A stretch of DNA of 64,000 bases from an uncultured Lachnospiraceae bacterium. GTDB taxonomy: Bacteria; Bacillota; Clostridia; Lachnospirales; Lachnospiraceae. The notes under the pieces were generated by a model. The model was not told where the DNA came from. It made no database searches and saw only the letters and a program-made list of their open reading frames with translations. Below, in pieces: positions 20,554-30,513 of the stretch. Location of the stretch: contig CAJTMB010000013.1 in NCBI GenBank assembly GCA_910577105.1, forward strand, positions 7,846 through 71,845, written 5' to 3'. The first letter of the stretch is position 1. Each line of letters opens with the position of its first letter. Position numbers and translations under genes: made by a program.

Positions 20554-21261
20554 ATGAAGAAACTGGAACAGCTTTACGAAGGCAAGGCAAAAAAAGTATT
20601 TAAGACGGATGACCCCGATGTGTTAATCGTGGATTATAAGGATGATGCAACAGCATTTAACGGTGAAAAAAGAGGAACTATCATGGGGAAGGGCGTTGTC
20701 AATAACAGGATGACGAACCATGTTTTTCAGCTTCTGGAGAAAGAAGGCGTTCCGACTCACTTCATTGAAGAGCTGAGTGACCGCGAAACTGCCGTTAAGA
20801 AAGTGGAAATAGTTCCTCTTGAGGTAATTATCCGCAATGTGGCAGCAGGAAGTTTTTCCAAACGGCTGGGTGTTCCGGAAGGTACTGCATTTACTGAGCC
20901 AACCATTGAATTTTCCTACAAAAATGATGAACTGGGCGACCCCCTGATTAATGATTATTTTGCAAGGGCATTAAATCTTGCAACATGGGAAGAGATGGAA
21001 ACCATCAAAAAATATGCTTTTAAGGTCAATGATGTATTGAAAGCGTACTTTTTACAGGCGGATATTAAGTTAATAGATTTCAAGATTGAGTTTGGACGTT
21101 ATCACGGACAGATTATTCTGGCTGACGAAACATCACCGGATACCTGCCGCCTGTGGGATGTCCATACCAACGAAAAACTGGACAAAGACCGTTTCCGCAG
21201 GGATATGGGCAATGTCGAAGAAGCTTACAATGAAGTGTTTAAGCGTCTGGGTCTGGCATAA
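20554..21261 (+). CDS. purC: SAICAR synthetase
   Basis: '[10 protein letters not shown]', 'DDATAFNG', 'DFKIEFG', 'LDKDRFR'; SD GGAGG. Confidence 0.96.
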   Translation: MKKLEQLYEGKAKKVFKTDDPDVLIVDYKDDATAFNGEKRGTIMGKGVVNNRMTNHVFQLLEKEGVPTHFIEELSDRETAVKKVEIVPLEVIIRNVAAGSFSKRLGVPEGTAFTEPTIEFSYKNDELGDPLINDYFARALNLATWEEMETIKKYAFKVNDVLKAYFLQADIKLIDFKIEFGRYHGQIILADETSPDTCRLWDVHTNEKLDKDRFRRDMGNVEEAYNEVFKRLGLA

Positions 21262-21304
21262 TGAGACAAGGATGAAAAAAGATTCCATAAAAGAGGAGAA
21301 ACAT

Positions 21305-22738
21305 ATGAATACAGACGTATACCAGAGTCCGTTGTCGGAAAGATATGCCAGCAGGGAAATGCAATATCTTTTTTCGCAGGACATGAAGTTTCGTACATGG
21401 AGAAAGTTGTGGATTGCTCTGGCGGAAACGGAAATGGAACTGGGGCTTCCCATCACAAAGGAACAGATAGAGGAATTGAAAGCCCACGCGGAGGATATCA
21501 ATTATGACGTTGCTAAGGCAAGGGAAAAAGAAGTCCGTCACGATGTCATGAGCCATGTCTATGCCTATGGTGTGCAGTGCCCCAAAGCAAAGGGCATCAT
21601 CCATCTGGGGGCAACCTCCTGTTATGTGGGGGACAATACTGACATCATTATTATGACGGAAGCGCTAAAGCTGGTAAAGAAAAAGCTGGTGAATGTCATA
21701 GCAGAGCTGGCGGCGTTTGCCGATAAGTATAAGGCACAGCCCACACTGGCGTTTACCCATTTCCAGCCTGCACAGCCTACCACCGTTGGAAAGAGGGCAG
21801 CCCTCTGGCTGCAGGAATTTTCTCTTGATTTGGAGGATTTGAACCATGTCCTTTCTACCATGAAACTGTTGGGCTCCAAGGGTACGACGGGGACGCAGGC
21901 TTCATTCTTGGAACTGTTTGACGGAAATCAGGAAAAAATTGACAGGATTGACCCTATGATTGCGGAAAAAATGGGATTTAAGGAGTGCTACCCGGTGTCA
22001 GGGCAGACTTATTCCCGTAAGGTAGATACCCGTGTGGCCAATATCCTTGCCGGGATTGCAGCTTCCGCACACAAGTTAAGCAATGATATTCGTCTGCTTC
22101 AGCATTTAAAAGAAGTGGAGGAGCCTTTTGAAAAGAGTCAGATAGGTTCTTCTGCCATGGCATACAAGCGTAACCCCATGAGAAGTGAGAGAATTGCTTC
22201 CTTAAGCCGTTATGTGATGATTGATGCCCTGAACCCGGCAATCACCTCGGCAACCCAGTGGTTTGAGAGGACTTTGGATGATTCCGCCAATAAGAGGCTG
22301 TCCATTCCGGAAGGATTTCTGGCGGTTGACGGCATTTTGGATTTGTGTCTGAACGTGGTAGACGGCCTTGTGGTCTATCCAAAGGTCATTGAAAAGCGTC
22401 TGATGAGTGAACTGCCTTTTATGGCAACCGAAAACATTATGATGGATGCGGTAAAGGCAGGAGGCGACAGACAGGAGCTGCATGAGAGAATCCGTGAACT
22501 TTCCATGGAGGCAGGCAGGAATGTAAAAGTGGAGGGTAAGGACAATAACCTGCTGGAACTGATTGCAGCAGACCCTGCTTTTAACCTGACGCCGGAAGAC
22601 TTGCAAAAAACCATGGACCCTGCCAGATATGTAGGGAGGTCCAAAGAACAGGTGGAAGCATTTTTGAAGAATGTCATTTACCCGATTTTGGAAGAGAACA
22701 AAGAGCTTTTAGGTATCAAGGCAGAAATAAATGTGTAA
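21305..22738 (+). CDS. purB: Adenylosuccinate lyase
   Basis: 'SPLSERYAS', 'THFQPAQPTT', 'GSSAMAYKRNP'. Confidence 0.96.
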   Translation: MNTDVYQSPLSERYASREMQYLFSQDMKFRTWRKLWIALAETEMELGLPITKEQIEELKAHAEDINYDVAKAREKEVRHDVMSHVYAYGVQCPKAKGIIHLGATSCYVGDNTDIIIMTEALKLVKKKLVNVIAELAAFADKYKAQPTLAFTHFQPAQPTTVGKRAALWLQEFSLDLEDLNHVLSTMKLLGSKGTTGTQASFLELFDGNQEKIDRIDPMIAEKMGFKECYPVSGQTYSRKVDTRVANILAGIAASAHKLSNDIRLLQHLKEVEEPFEKSQIGSSAMAYKRNPMRSERIASLSRYVMIDALNPAITSATQWFERTLDDSANKRLSIPEGFLAVDGILDLCLNVVDGLVVYPKVIEKRLMSELPFMATENIMMDAVKAGGDRQELHERIRELSMEAGRNVKVEGKDNNLLELIAADPAFNLTPEDLQKTMDPARYVGRSKEQVEAFLKNVIYPILEENKELLGIKAEINV

Positions 22739-22833
22739 AAGCATATGATATAAGAAATTCTTTTGCCTAATATAAAAAATATTGATTTTACTTATGGATT
22801 GAAATGGTTTATAATCATGAAGTAAGAACAGCG

Positions 22834-22864
22834 GGGCAGGTTTTTACACCTGCCCTTTATTTTG
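22834..22864 (+). terminator. Terminator-like hairpin upstream of purA
   Basis: GGGCAGGT...ACCTGCCC followed by TTTATTTT. Confidence 0.6.
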
Positions 22865-22901
22865 TGCAAAGACAGTGTGAGAAGAAACGGAGGACGGATA
22901 C

Positions 22902-24194
22902 ATGGTAAAAGCAGTTGTGGGAGCAAACTGGGGAGATGAAGGCAAGGGCAAAATAACCGATATGATGGCGGAAAGCGCTGATATTATTGTAAGGTTTCAG
23001 GGGGGCGCCAATGCAGGACATACCATCGTCAACAATTATGGCAAATTTGCACTGCATACCCTGCCGTCGGGTGTATTTTACAGCCATACCACCAGCATTA
23101 TAGGCAATGGTGTTGCGCTGAACATTCCGGTTTTGATGGAAGAAATCAAGTCCATTACGGACAGGAATGTGCCGATGCCAAGGATTTTGGTGTCGGACCG
23201 TGCCCAGATAGTAATGCCGTACCACATTCTCTTTGACCAGTATGAGGAGGAAAGGCTGGGGAAAAAGTCATTCGGTTCTACCCAGTCAGGCATTGCACCT
23301 TTTTATTCTGACAAATATGCCAAAATCGGCTTTCAGGTCAGTGAATTATTTGATGAGCAGACACTGCGTGAAAAGGTCTACCGCATTCTGGAGACCAAAA
23401 ACATACTCTTAAGCCAGTTATACCATAAAAAAACGATGGAAGGGGGAGAACTGCTTGCAACCCTGCATGAATACAGGGATATGATTGCACCTTATGTGTG
23501 CGATGTATCCGCTTTTCTGGATAAGGCGTTAAAAGAAGGAAAGACCATACTTTTAGAGGGTCAGTTAGGAACTTTAAAAGACCCGGACCATGGCATTTAT
23601 CCTATGGTGACTTCTTCTTCCACCCTTGCGGCATACGGCGCCATCGGCGCAGGCATTCCGCCTTACGAGATTAAAGAAATCATTACGGTCTGCAAGGCAT
23701 ACTCTTCCGCAGTGGGGGCAGGCGCCTTTGTATCGGAAATCTTCGGTGAGGAAGCAGATGAGTTGAGAAGGCGCGGAGGGGATGGCGGCGAGTTTGGCGC
23801 CACTACGGGACGCCCCAGACGTATGGGATGGTTCGACTGTGTGGCTTCCAAATACGGCTGCCGTTTGCAGGGGACCACGGACGTGGCATTTACCGTGCTG
23901 GATGTTCTGGGTTATCTGGATGAGATTCCGGTGTGTACGGGTTATGAGATAGACGGTGAGGTGACCACGGATTTCCCTGTCACCACTAAGCTGGAAAAGG
24001 CGAAACCGGTGCTGACCGTTCTGCCCGGCTGGAAATGTGACATCCGCGGCATCAGGAGTTATGAAGAACTGCCTGAAAACTGCCGCAGATATATAGAGTT
24101 TATTGAGCAACAGATTGGATATCCTATTACTATGGTAAGTAACGGTCCCGGCAGGGAAGATATCATTTACAGAGAAAGCCCGTTGAAAAAATAG
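22902..24194 (+). CDS. purA: Adenylosuccinate synthetase
   Basis: 'WGDEGKGK', 'GGANAGHT', 'GATTGRPRR'. Confidence 0.97.
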   Translation: MVKAVVGANWGDEGKGKITDMMAESADIIVRFQGGANAGHTIVNNYGKFALHTLPSGVFYSHTTSIIGNGVALNIPVLMEEIKSITDRNVPMPRILVSDRAQIVMPYHILFDQYEEERLGKKSFGSTQSGIAPFYSDKYAKIGFQVSELFDEQTLREKVYRILETKNILLSQLYHKKTMEGGELLATLHEYRDMIAPYVCDVSAFLDKALKEGKTILLEGQLGTLKDPDHGIYPMVTSSSTLAAYGAIGAGIPPYEIKEIITVCKAYSSAVGAGAFVSEIFGEEADELRRRGGDGGEFGATTGRPRRMGWFDCVASKYGCRLQGTTDVAFTVLDVLGYLDEIPVCTGYEIDGEVTTDFPVTTKLEKAKPVLTVLPGWKCDIRGIRSYEELPENCRRYIEFIEQQIGYPITMVSNGPGREDIIYRESPLKK

Positions 24195-24204
24195 GAGATG
24201 AGCC

Positions 24205-24477
24205 ATGAAAAAAAGAACAGGAAAACAAGTCATTGCACTGGCAGCCGTAGTGCTGTTGGTTGCAATGTATCTTATAACGCTTTTGGTTGCTATTTTTGAC
24301 GTTTCTGCTTCCGGCTTCTGGTTTCGTATGTGCCTGGTCTGCACTCTGGCAGTCCCGCTTTTGGCATGGATTTTTATCTGGATTTACGGACAGGTGACCA
24401 AAAAGAAAACCATAGCCGATTTGCATTTGTTACAGGATTCAGAGCCGGAAGAGGAAACAAAGGAGCAGGAAAGTTAA
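24205..24477 (+). CDS. Small two-TM membrane protein
   Basis: SD AGGAG, two hydrophobic helices, charged tail. Confidence 0.7.
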   Translation: MKKRTGKQVIALAAVVLLVAMYLITLLVAIFDVSASGFWFRMCLVCTLAVPLLAWIFIWIYGQVTKKKTIADLHLLQDSEPEEETKEQES

Positions 24478-25088
24478 CAGGAAGCCTGCATGTTTGTCAG
24501 AAGGGCAAGCTCATTTTGGGCCTGCTCTTTATTTTTGAAGTGGATGGCATGAATGCCGAGTGCAGCAGCAGCTTCCACATTGCGCAGAGTATCATCCATG
24601 AAGACACATTCTTCGGGTGAAAGTCCGTACTGTGAAAGGAGCAGCTGATAGATGGCAGGGTCGGGCTTTATCAGGTTTACCCTGTAAGAGAAAATGCCGC
24701 CATCCATGTGTGGAACAAAGTCCATTGCGTCAGCCCCTTCATGAAGGGCTTTTTCGGAAAAATTGGACAAAAACAGGACTTTGTAACCGTTTTGCTTTAA
24801 CTCTTCAATCCATGGAATGGCATAATCGCAACGCGTCAGCATGGTGCCGATATTCTGCAAGGACTCTTTCAGTTCTTTTCGGACGGAAGGGTCATTTTTT
24901 ATAAAAAGATTTAAGATTTCTTCATCGGAAAGAATGCCCAAATCGTATTCGGCCCAGTGAGGGCTTTCCACTGTGGCTTTTGCAAGTTTTTCCAAGGTTT
25001 TTTCATCATAACCGAAGGAGGCAAAATGCTCTTTCCATGAAAAGAGGGCGAGAACATTGCCTATGTCAAATATTATGGTTGTTATCAT
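24474..25088 (-). CDS. HAD family phosphatase
   Basis: 'IIFDIGNVL', 'LSN', 'KPDP', 'FMDD'. Confidence 0.9.
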   Translation of the reverse strand: MITTIIFDIGNVLALFSWKEHFASFGYDEKTLEKLAKATVESPHWAEYDLGILSDEEILNLFIKNDPSVRKELKESLQNIGTMLTRCDYAIPWIEELKQNGYKVLFLSNFSEKALHEGADAMDFVPHMDGGIFSYRVNLIKPDPAIYQLLLSQYGLSPEECVFMDDTLRNVEAAAALGIHAIHFKNKEQAQNELALLTNMQASC

Positions 25089-26007
25089 TGTTTTCGTCTC
25101 CTTTGCTTTCTTTTACAGGTAAATCCTGCTGTATGATATCTAACAGATTTTTTGCGGCAACGGACATGGGGGATTTGACATGCGTAACGATGCAGAATTC
25201 CCTCTTGGGAATTATTTTATTGAAACGCAGTTCAAACAGCTTTCCGGATTGCAGGTAAGGTAGGGCAAAATCCCGTACAACACAGCCGACACCGAGGTTT
25301 CTTAGGGCAAACTGGACAATCATATCACTTGTGGCAAGTTCAAATTCAGGCTGTATGGAGATATCATTTGCCAGCAGGAAAGAATCCATATAGCTTCTTG
25401 TGCTGGTGTTTTTCTCCAGATAGATAATAGGAAGTGTCTGCAGTTCAGTGAAATCCAATGTCCTGTTCTTGTAAGAAATAAACCGTCTGCCACAGACAAA
25501 GGTGTCTTCGATGCTGCGCACTGTGAAGGTATGAAAATCCGGTGTGGATGTAAAAGGGGTGCTGACAATCCCGAAATCAATCTGGCCTGTTCTGAGGTTC
25601 TGCAAGGTTTCCGGTGTGGGGGCATTGGTGACCACCACCTTGATTTTGGGATATTCTTCGTGAAAACGTTCCAAAAACGGCAACAGGAAAAATTGAAGCG
25701 TCATGTCACTGGCGCCGATGTGTATTTCACCCAGCTCAAGGTTTAACATCTGTTTTAGTTTTAACTGACCGGCTTCTATCTGCTCGTAACCTTTGGCAAC
25801 ATAGGAATATAAAAGTTCTCCTTCGGCAGTAAGCTTAACGCCCCTGGATACTCTTGTAAAGAGCCGTGCGCCGCACTGCTTCTCCAAAAGCCGGATGGAC
25901 TGGCTGACGGCAGGCTGGGAGATGGAAAGCAGACCGGCCGCCTGCGTCAAGGATTCGGTTTTGGCAACATAATAAAAAACTTTGTAGTATTCCAGATTGT
26001 CAATCAT
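25066..26007 (-). CDS. LysR family transcriptional regulator
   Basis: N-terminal HTH 'SLTQAA..LSISQPAVSQSIRLLE..LFTR'. Confidence 0.93.
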   Translation of the reverse strand: MIDNLEYYKVFYYVAKTESLTQAAGLLSISQPAVSQSIRLLEKQCGARLFTRVSRGVKLTAEGELLYSYVAKGYEQIEAGQLKLKQMLNLELGEIHIGASDMTLQFFLLPFLERFHEEYPKIKVVVTNAPTPETLQNLRTGQIDFGIVSTPFTSTPDFHTFTVRSIEDTFVCGRRFISYKNRTLDFTELQTLPIIYLEKNTSTRSYMDSFLLANDISIQPEFELATSDMIVQFALRNLGVGCVVRDFALPYLQSGKLFELRFNKIIPKREFCIVTHVKSPMSVAAKNLLDIIQQDLPVKESKGDENNDNNHNI

Positions 26008-26090
26008 GGATGGCTTCCTTCCTGCTTTGCCCTTAAGGTTACATACACATAATAGTCTAATGGGAAAGGTCCGTCAAGTGTCGCTGAACT

Positions 26091-26284
26091 CCTTGGTTAC
26101 CACATTTTGCATGGCGGCAGCCGGGGGATGCATTTGTTCCATAAAGGACCGTGTAAAAACGCTGGTACTTGGAGGTTGTATTTCAACCTCCTATGTACCA
26201 CTGCGTTTTTACCCGAGCGGGAGCGTGTCCTGTTGGAACAAATGCATCCCCCGGCTGCCGCCATGCAGAACGCGGTAATTCCGG
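26091..26284. mobile_element. ~194-bp palindromic dispersed element, copy 2 (same orientation as copy 1)
   Basis: Shares core TTCCATAAAGGACCGTGTAAAAAC...GTTTTTACCCGAGCGGGAGCGTGTCCTGTTGGAACAAATGCA; arms differ but remain complementary. Confidence 0.85.
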
Positions 26285-26285
26285 T

Positions 26286-26313
26286 TGTTACTTTGTGATT
26301 CTTTTGTGCGTCT
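26286..26313 (+). promoter_or_regulatory. Possible ECF-type promoter
   Basis: TGTTAC-17 bp-CGTCT, resembling TGAAAC/CGTC ECF promoters, upstream of an ECF sigma gene. Confidence 0.35.
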
Positions 26314-26367
26314 AATTAGTGTAATCACATACAGCTGTGTGAAAATAGAAGCTTCTGGTTTTATTAC

Positions 26368-26847
26368 ATGGAGGGTCTGGTTGTGGATAAGGAGCAATTT
26401 ACAAATGAGATATTGAAATTGGAAAAAAGCCTGTACTATACGGCCAAAAGTATCCTCGGAAATGACGAGGACTGTGCGGATGTATTGCAAAACGCTATTT
26501 TAAAGGCATTTGCCAATCTGGATTCCCTTAGGGAGGAGCAGTATTTTAAAACATGGATGACGAAAATTGTTTTGAATGAGTCTTATGCCATGATAAGGAA
26601 GAATAAAGCTACGGTATCTTATGAGGAGTATATGGAAAACGCGGCGGTGTCAGATTCGCAGGCATATTCGGAGATTTATATGGAAATACAGGCATTGGAA
26701 GAAAAATACAGACTGCCTTTCGTACTCCATTATGTGAATGGATTTACATTAAAGGAAATAGCCGCAATGCTTGGAAATTCCGAAGCGGGAATTAAAATGC
26801 GGCTGCTCAGGGCGAGGGATATTCTGAAAAAGCAGTTGGCGGTTTAG
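26368..26847 (+). CDS. ECF RNA polymerase sigma factor
   Basis: Region 2 'DCADVLQNAILKA..FKTWMTKI'; region 4 'YRLPFVLHY..FTLKEIA'. Confidence 0.9.
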   Translation: MEGLVVDKEQFTNEILKLEKSLYYTAKSILGNDEDCADVLQNAILKAFANLDSLREEQYFKTWMTKIVLNESYAMIRKNKATVSYEEYMENAAVSDSQAYSEIYMEIQALEEKYRLPFVLHYVNGFTLKEIAAMLGNSEAGIKMRLLRARDILKKQLAV

Positions 26848-26875
26848 CGGCGGTTTATCATGAAGGAGGTTTATT

Positions 26876-27919
26876 ATGCAGAGAGAGCAATGGGAAACAA
26901 TGATGCCGGATGTGCCCGAAAATGTACATGCAGCAGTGCAAAAGGCTTTGGATATGCTGGAAACGGAAAAGAAGGGGATGAAGACAGTGAAGAAAGGAAA
27001 CAGAAGGAAAATGGCGGCCATGATTATTTTGGCGGCGACAATGATTGGCACTACTGCCATGGCAGCAGGCTTAACCTGGCACCGTAAAACAGCGGAGGAA
27101 TTTCACAATCCGTCGGGAGAAATCCAGCAGAAAACGCTGGAGGAGGGAGTGGCAGCGCTGCCGGCGGCATCGGTGGCGGACAACGGGGTTACCGTGACAG
27201 CCGTGCAGCTTTTGCAGGATGAAAACCGGGTATACCTGATGTTGAAAGTAGAATCGGAGGAGGCAGCCATTGACGGAAATACGTTGTTTGATACGATGAT
27301 GCTGTCCGACGGCAGCAATCAGGAAATTTTTGGAAATGTGAGTGCATATTTTCTGGAAGATGTAAACGGTACTCTTTCAAAAGAGGGGTATTATGTCATA
27401 GACGGGCTGAAGAATATGGATGCGGGATGGAACGGGGAAGCCCTGAAACTGATTCTGTCCGATTTGTCCTATTATACCTATGGAAAGGCAGAAGAGGGTG
27501 TGGATATGGCAAATCAGACACCTCATTGCATAAAGGGAAACTGGGAACTTGAGGTTTCATTAAAGGATGTAACTTCGTTAAGCAAGACAATCCCGGTGGA
27601 CAAGAAACTGGAAGTCAGGGGAGTGGAGGTTACTGTCAATTATGTCAGGATTTCTCCATTGTCGGTGGTAATATCCTATTCTCAGAGTGATATTGATAAG
27701 ATTGACATGGTAGAGGATGACATGCTCTGGGAACTGTTTGATATCAGCATGAAGAATAAGCAGGGAGCTTTGGTGCAGGATGGATATGGCGCTATTTCCG
27801 GCGTCATCACACAGGAAGGGGAGCGTCTGACCCAAATCGGACTTTTGAACGTACTGGATGTGGAAGAAATCGGACAGATAGTATGGGGAGATGATGTTCT
27901 GGTAATGGACGTCCCGTAA
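26876..27919 (+). CDS. Putative anti-sigma factor (DUF4179-like, single TM)
   Basis: Follows the ECF sigma; TM helix then 'DNGVTVT' and 'ISPLSV' motifs. Confidence 0.75.
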   Translation: MQREQWETMMPDVPENVHAAVQKALDMLETEKKGMKTVKKGNRRKMAAMIILAATMIGTTAMAAGLTWHRKTAEEFHNPSGEIQQKTLEEGVAALPAASVADNGVTVTAVQLLQDENRVYLMLKVESEEAAIDGNTLFDTMMLSDGSNQEIFGNVSAYFLEDVNGTLSKEGYYVIDGLKNMDAGWNGEALKLILSDLSYYTYGKAEEGVDMANQTPHCIKGNWELEVSLKDVTSLSKTIPVDKKLEVRGVEVTVNYVRISPLSVVISYSQSDIDKIDMVEDDMLWELFDISMKNKQGALVQDGYGAISGVITQEGERLTQIGLLNVLDVEEIGQIVWGDDVLVMDVP

Positions 27920-27924
27920 AAAGG

Positions 27925-27959
27925 AAGGGGAAGCCGGCCACTGAGCCGGCTTTCTCCTT
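27925..27959. terminator. Bidirectional terminator-like hairpin
   Basis: AAGGGGAAGCCGGC-CACTGA-GCCGGCTTTCTCCTT between convergent genes. Confidence 0.7.
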
Positions 27960-28551
27960 ATATGTTGTGTGGGATATAATTTGCCCGTACCAATATCCGT
28001 GAATTTCCATTGATAATCCATTCATGGATGCCGGTATCACCCGTCAAAAATACAAATGGAGCTCCTACAGGCAGCCCGAAAAAGGCCTTGTATAACTGAT
28101 TTATCATACCGCCGTGTGTAATGGCGGCAACAGTACTGTCATTATCGTTTTCCGATATTATTTTCGATATCATATACTCAGCCCGGTATCTGAATGCGAG
28201 CATACTTTCCTGCTCATAAACAGACATATGTACCGGTACGTTTACTTTCGGATACTTTTCGTCAGCAACACTATGCTTTAATCCTGCAATCAATCCATTA
28301 TTAAATTCCATTAAATACTCGTCAGGAATTAACGGAGACTGCGTTTTGGAAGCCAGATGATTTGCTGTCTGAACAGCCCTTTTCAGGGGGCTGTGATAAA
28401 TCTTTGCTATCTGATGGTTTTGACTCACATATTCACTCATTGCGTCTGCCTGACGATGTCCGCGTTCGGTCAGTTCAAAGTCAGCCCTGCCTTCGTGAAC
28501 GTCAAGAATATCCGCTTCGCTTTCGCCGTGCCTGATTACCAATAGTTTCAT
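27958..28551 (-). CDS. Histidine phosphatase family protein
   Basis: 'IRHGES', 'SPLKRAVQTA', 'THGG'. Confidence 0.92.
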   Translation of the reverse strand: MKLLVIRHGESEADILDVHEGRADFELTERGHRQADAMSEYVSQNHQIAKIYHSPLKRAVQTANHLASKTQSPLIPDEYLMEFNNGLIAGLKHSVADEKYPKVNVPVHMSVYEQESMLAFRYRAEYMISKIISENDNDSTVAAITHGGMINQLYKAFFGLPVGAPFVFLTGDTGIHEWIINGNSRILVRANYIPHNI

Positions 28552-28781
28552 AGAAGCCTCCCCTTGATAAAGTTAGTTTTGCCTGTCAATTATGAGAAAA
28601 GTATACCACCGATGAAAATAACAGGCAACACAGGTTTTATTGCGTCCATGATAAGTATGAGTTCATCAAAGGATGTGAAAATTTCAGCATAATCTTGATT
28701 AGGTTATTCTTTTTTGTTACTATTTTTATAATGGCATAAAAAAATGGTGTGATTCTAAGGGCATAAAGAAGGGCAGTACCT

Positions 28782-30176
28782 ATGTGGAAACAGGAAAACA
28801 AAACAAAGCGGCGGGAAACCGCCGCCATCATATTATCCATTTTTGTGCTGGCGTGGCCGACCATGCTGGAGGAGGCGCTGCGCACGGTGGTGCAGTATGT
28901 GGACGCGGCGATGGTGGGAAGGCTGGGGCCGGACGCCACGGCGGTGGTGGGCATCACCAATATTGTTTCATGGCTGATAAACAGTCCCATAAGCGCGGCG
29001 GGGGTTGGGCTGATTGCCTATATTTCCCGGATGGCGGGGGCTGGCGAAGCAGACAAGATAAAAAGGGCGTCTGTGCAGGCTGTTTATATTGCCGTTTTGC
29101 TGGGCGTCCTAGAGTGCGCGATTACCCTTTCGGTGAGCGGCTTTTTGCCGAAGTGGATGGGGATGGAGGAACGCCTTTACAAGGAGGCATCCCGATATTT
29201 TTTCATTGTGTGCCTGCCGCTTTTGTTCCGTGCCTTCATGGCAATTTTCGGTGCAGTGTTAAGGGCAGTAAAAGATACGAAAACACCCATGTACATCAAT
29301 GTTTTTGTCAATGCATTAAATATTATCCTGAATTTTTTGCTGATATATGAAGCCCGCAGTATTCGTATAGGCGGGATTTCTTTCCGGTTGTGGGGAGCCG
29401 GGATGGGCACTGCGGGGGCCGCTATCGGTACTGCGGTTTCCTTTACCGCGGGTGGCTTGCTGATGATGGCTGCCTTATGGAAAAATCCTCTGGTTTCACC
29501 AAAGGGCGCAGCATTTAAGCCGGACATGGAGATTATCAAACCCTGTGCCCGGATAGCAGTTCCGGTTGCCTTGGAGCGGATGGTATCCTGCTTCGGACAT
29601 GTAACGTTTACCTCTATTGTGACAAGGCTGGGAACTGTTTCCTTTGCGGCCCATTCCATTGCCGAAACGGCAGAACAGGCGTTTTACATACCCGGCTACG
29701 GCATGCAGTCCGCGGCAACGACCCTGGAGGGCAATGCCCTGGGGGAAGGGGATAAAAGAAAGCTGAAAAAGACCGCCAGAATCCTTCTGGCGCTGGTTGT
29801 GTTTATGATGACGGTTTCCGGCGGAATCATGTTTATCAGCGCTCATGGGCTTATGACGATTTTTTCTAAGGATGCGTCCGTGATTTCTCTTGGGACGGTG
29901 GTATTGAAAATATGCGCCTTGTCAGAGCCCGTATTTGGCGCCTATATCATTTTGGGAGGTATATTTGACGGTGTCGGGGACACCCTCCCGCCTTTTATCT
30001 ACTCCCTGATTGGCATGTGGGGTATCCGCATACCCATAAGCTTTTTGTGCGTCCATGTATGGGGTTTAAACCTAACCGCCGTCTGGCTGTGTATGATAGC
30101 CCATAATGTGGCGGTGGCGGGAATGATGTTCGTCCATTACCTGAAAGGGAAGTGGAATCCCTTAAAAGCAGGTTAA
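28782..30176 (+). CDS. MATE family efflux transporter
   Basis: About 12 TMs, 'DAAMVGRLG', 'DTKTPM', 'GTAGAAIGT'. Confidence 0.92.
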   Translation: MWKQENKTKRRETAAIILSIFVLAWPTMLEEALRTVVQYVDAAMVGRLGPDATAVVGITNIVSWLINSPISAAGVGLIAYISRMAGAGEADKIKRASVQAVYIAVLLGVLECAITLSVSGFLPKWMGMEERLYKEASRYFFIVCLPLLFRAFMAIFGAVLRAVKDTKTPMYINVFVNALNIILNFLLIYEARSIRIGGISFRLWGAGMGTAGAAIGTAVSFTAGGLLMMAALWKNPLVSPKGAAFKPDMEIIKPCARIAVPVALERMVSCFGHVTFTSIVTRLGTVSFAAHSIAETAEQAFYIPGYGMQSAATTLEGNALGEGDKRKLKKTARILLALVVFMMTVSGGIMFISAHGLMTIFSKDASVISLGTVVLKICALSEPVFGAYIILGGIFDGVGDTLPPFIYSLIGMWGIRIPISFLCVHVWGLNLTAVWLCMIAHNVAVAGMMFVHYLKGKWNPLKAG

Positions 30177-30232
30177 TTAATGTTCAGGATTGATGGCAGA
30201 AAACCGATATACACTATATGAAGGGCAAAATT

Positions 30233-30480
30233 ATGATGGTAAACGGGATAGAGGCGCAGGGGGACAGAGTGTGGAAGCCAAACAGGCAAAGCTTTCCGAG
30301 GTGGAAAAGCGTGCCGCCGATGCAAAAAATGCGCAGATAGAAGTGTTGGGAAAAACAGGAAGGGAAATGAAGGAGGCTGCGCAATCAGGAACTTCTCCTG
30401 AAAAATCACAAAAAGAAGAAACAAAGAAACAGGAAGAGGAACAAAAACAGCGGTATGTGCCTGTTGATGTATTCCTGTAG
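30233..30480 (+). pseudogene. Probable internally deleted/frameshifted FlxA-like gene remnant
   Basis: 'MMVNGIEAQG' start in one frame, coiled-coil C-terminus ending 'YVPVDVFL' in another; sigma28-like ACCGATAT upstream. Confidence 0.4.
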
Positions 30481-30513
30481 GAAAGATGCCTTGAGTCGGG
30501 TACGGAGGATTTT

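Noticed and set aside
21086..21304. N-terminal extension of PurB in the ORF track
   Set aside because: Overlaps purC; SD and homology support ATG 21305
23574..24344. Long antisense or alternate-frame ORFs (e.g. 2478-3227, 23574-24344, 45612-46475, 58010-58687)
   Set aside because: Shadows of well-supported genes, with no motifs or SDs
25997..26298. ORFs 25997-26278, 26107-26298 and 61551-61775 sharing the peptide SIKDRVKTLVLG...FYPSGSVSCWNK
   Set aside because: They are translations of the repeated element, lack SDs, and are not frame-consistent across copies
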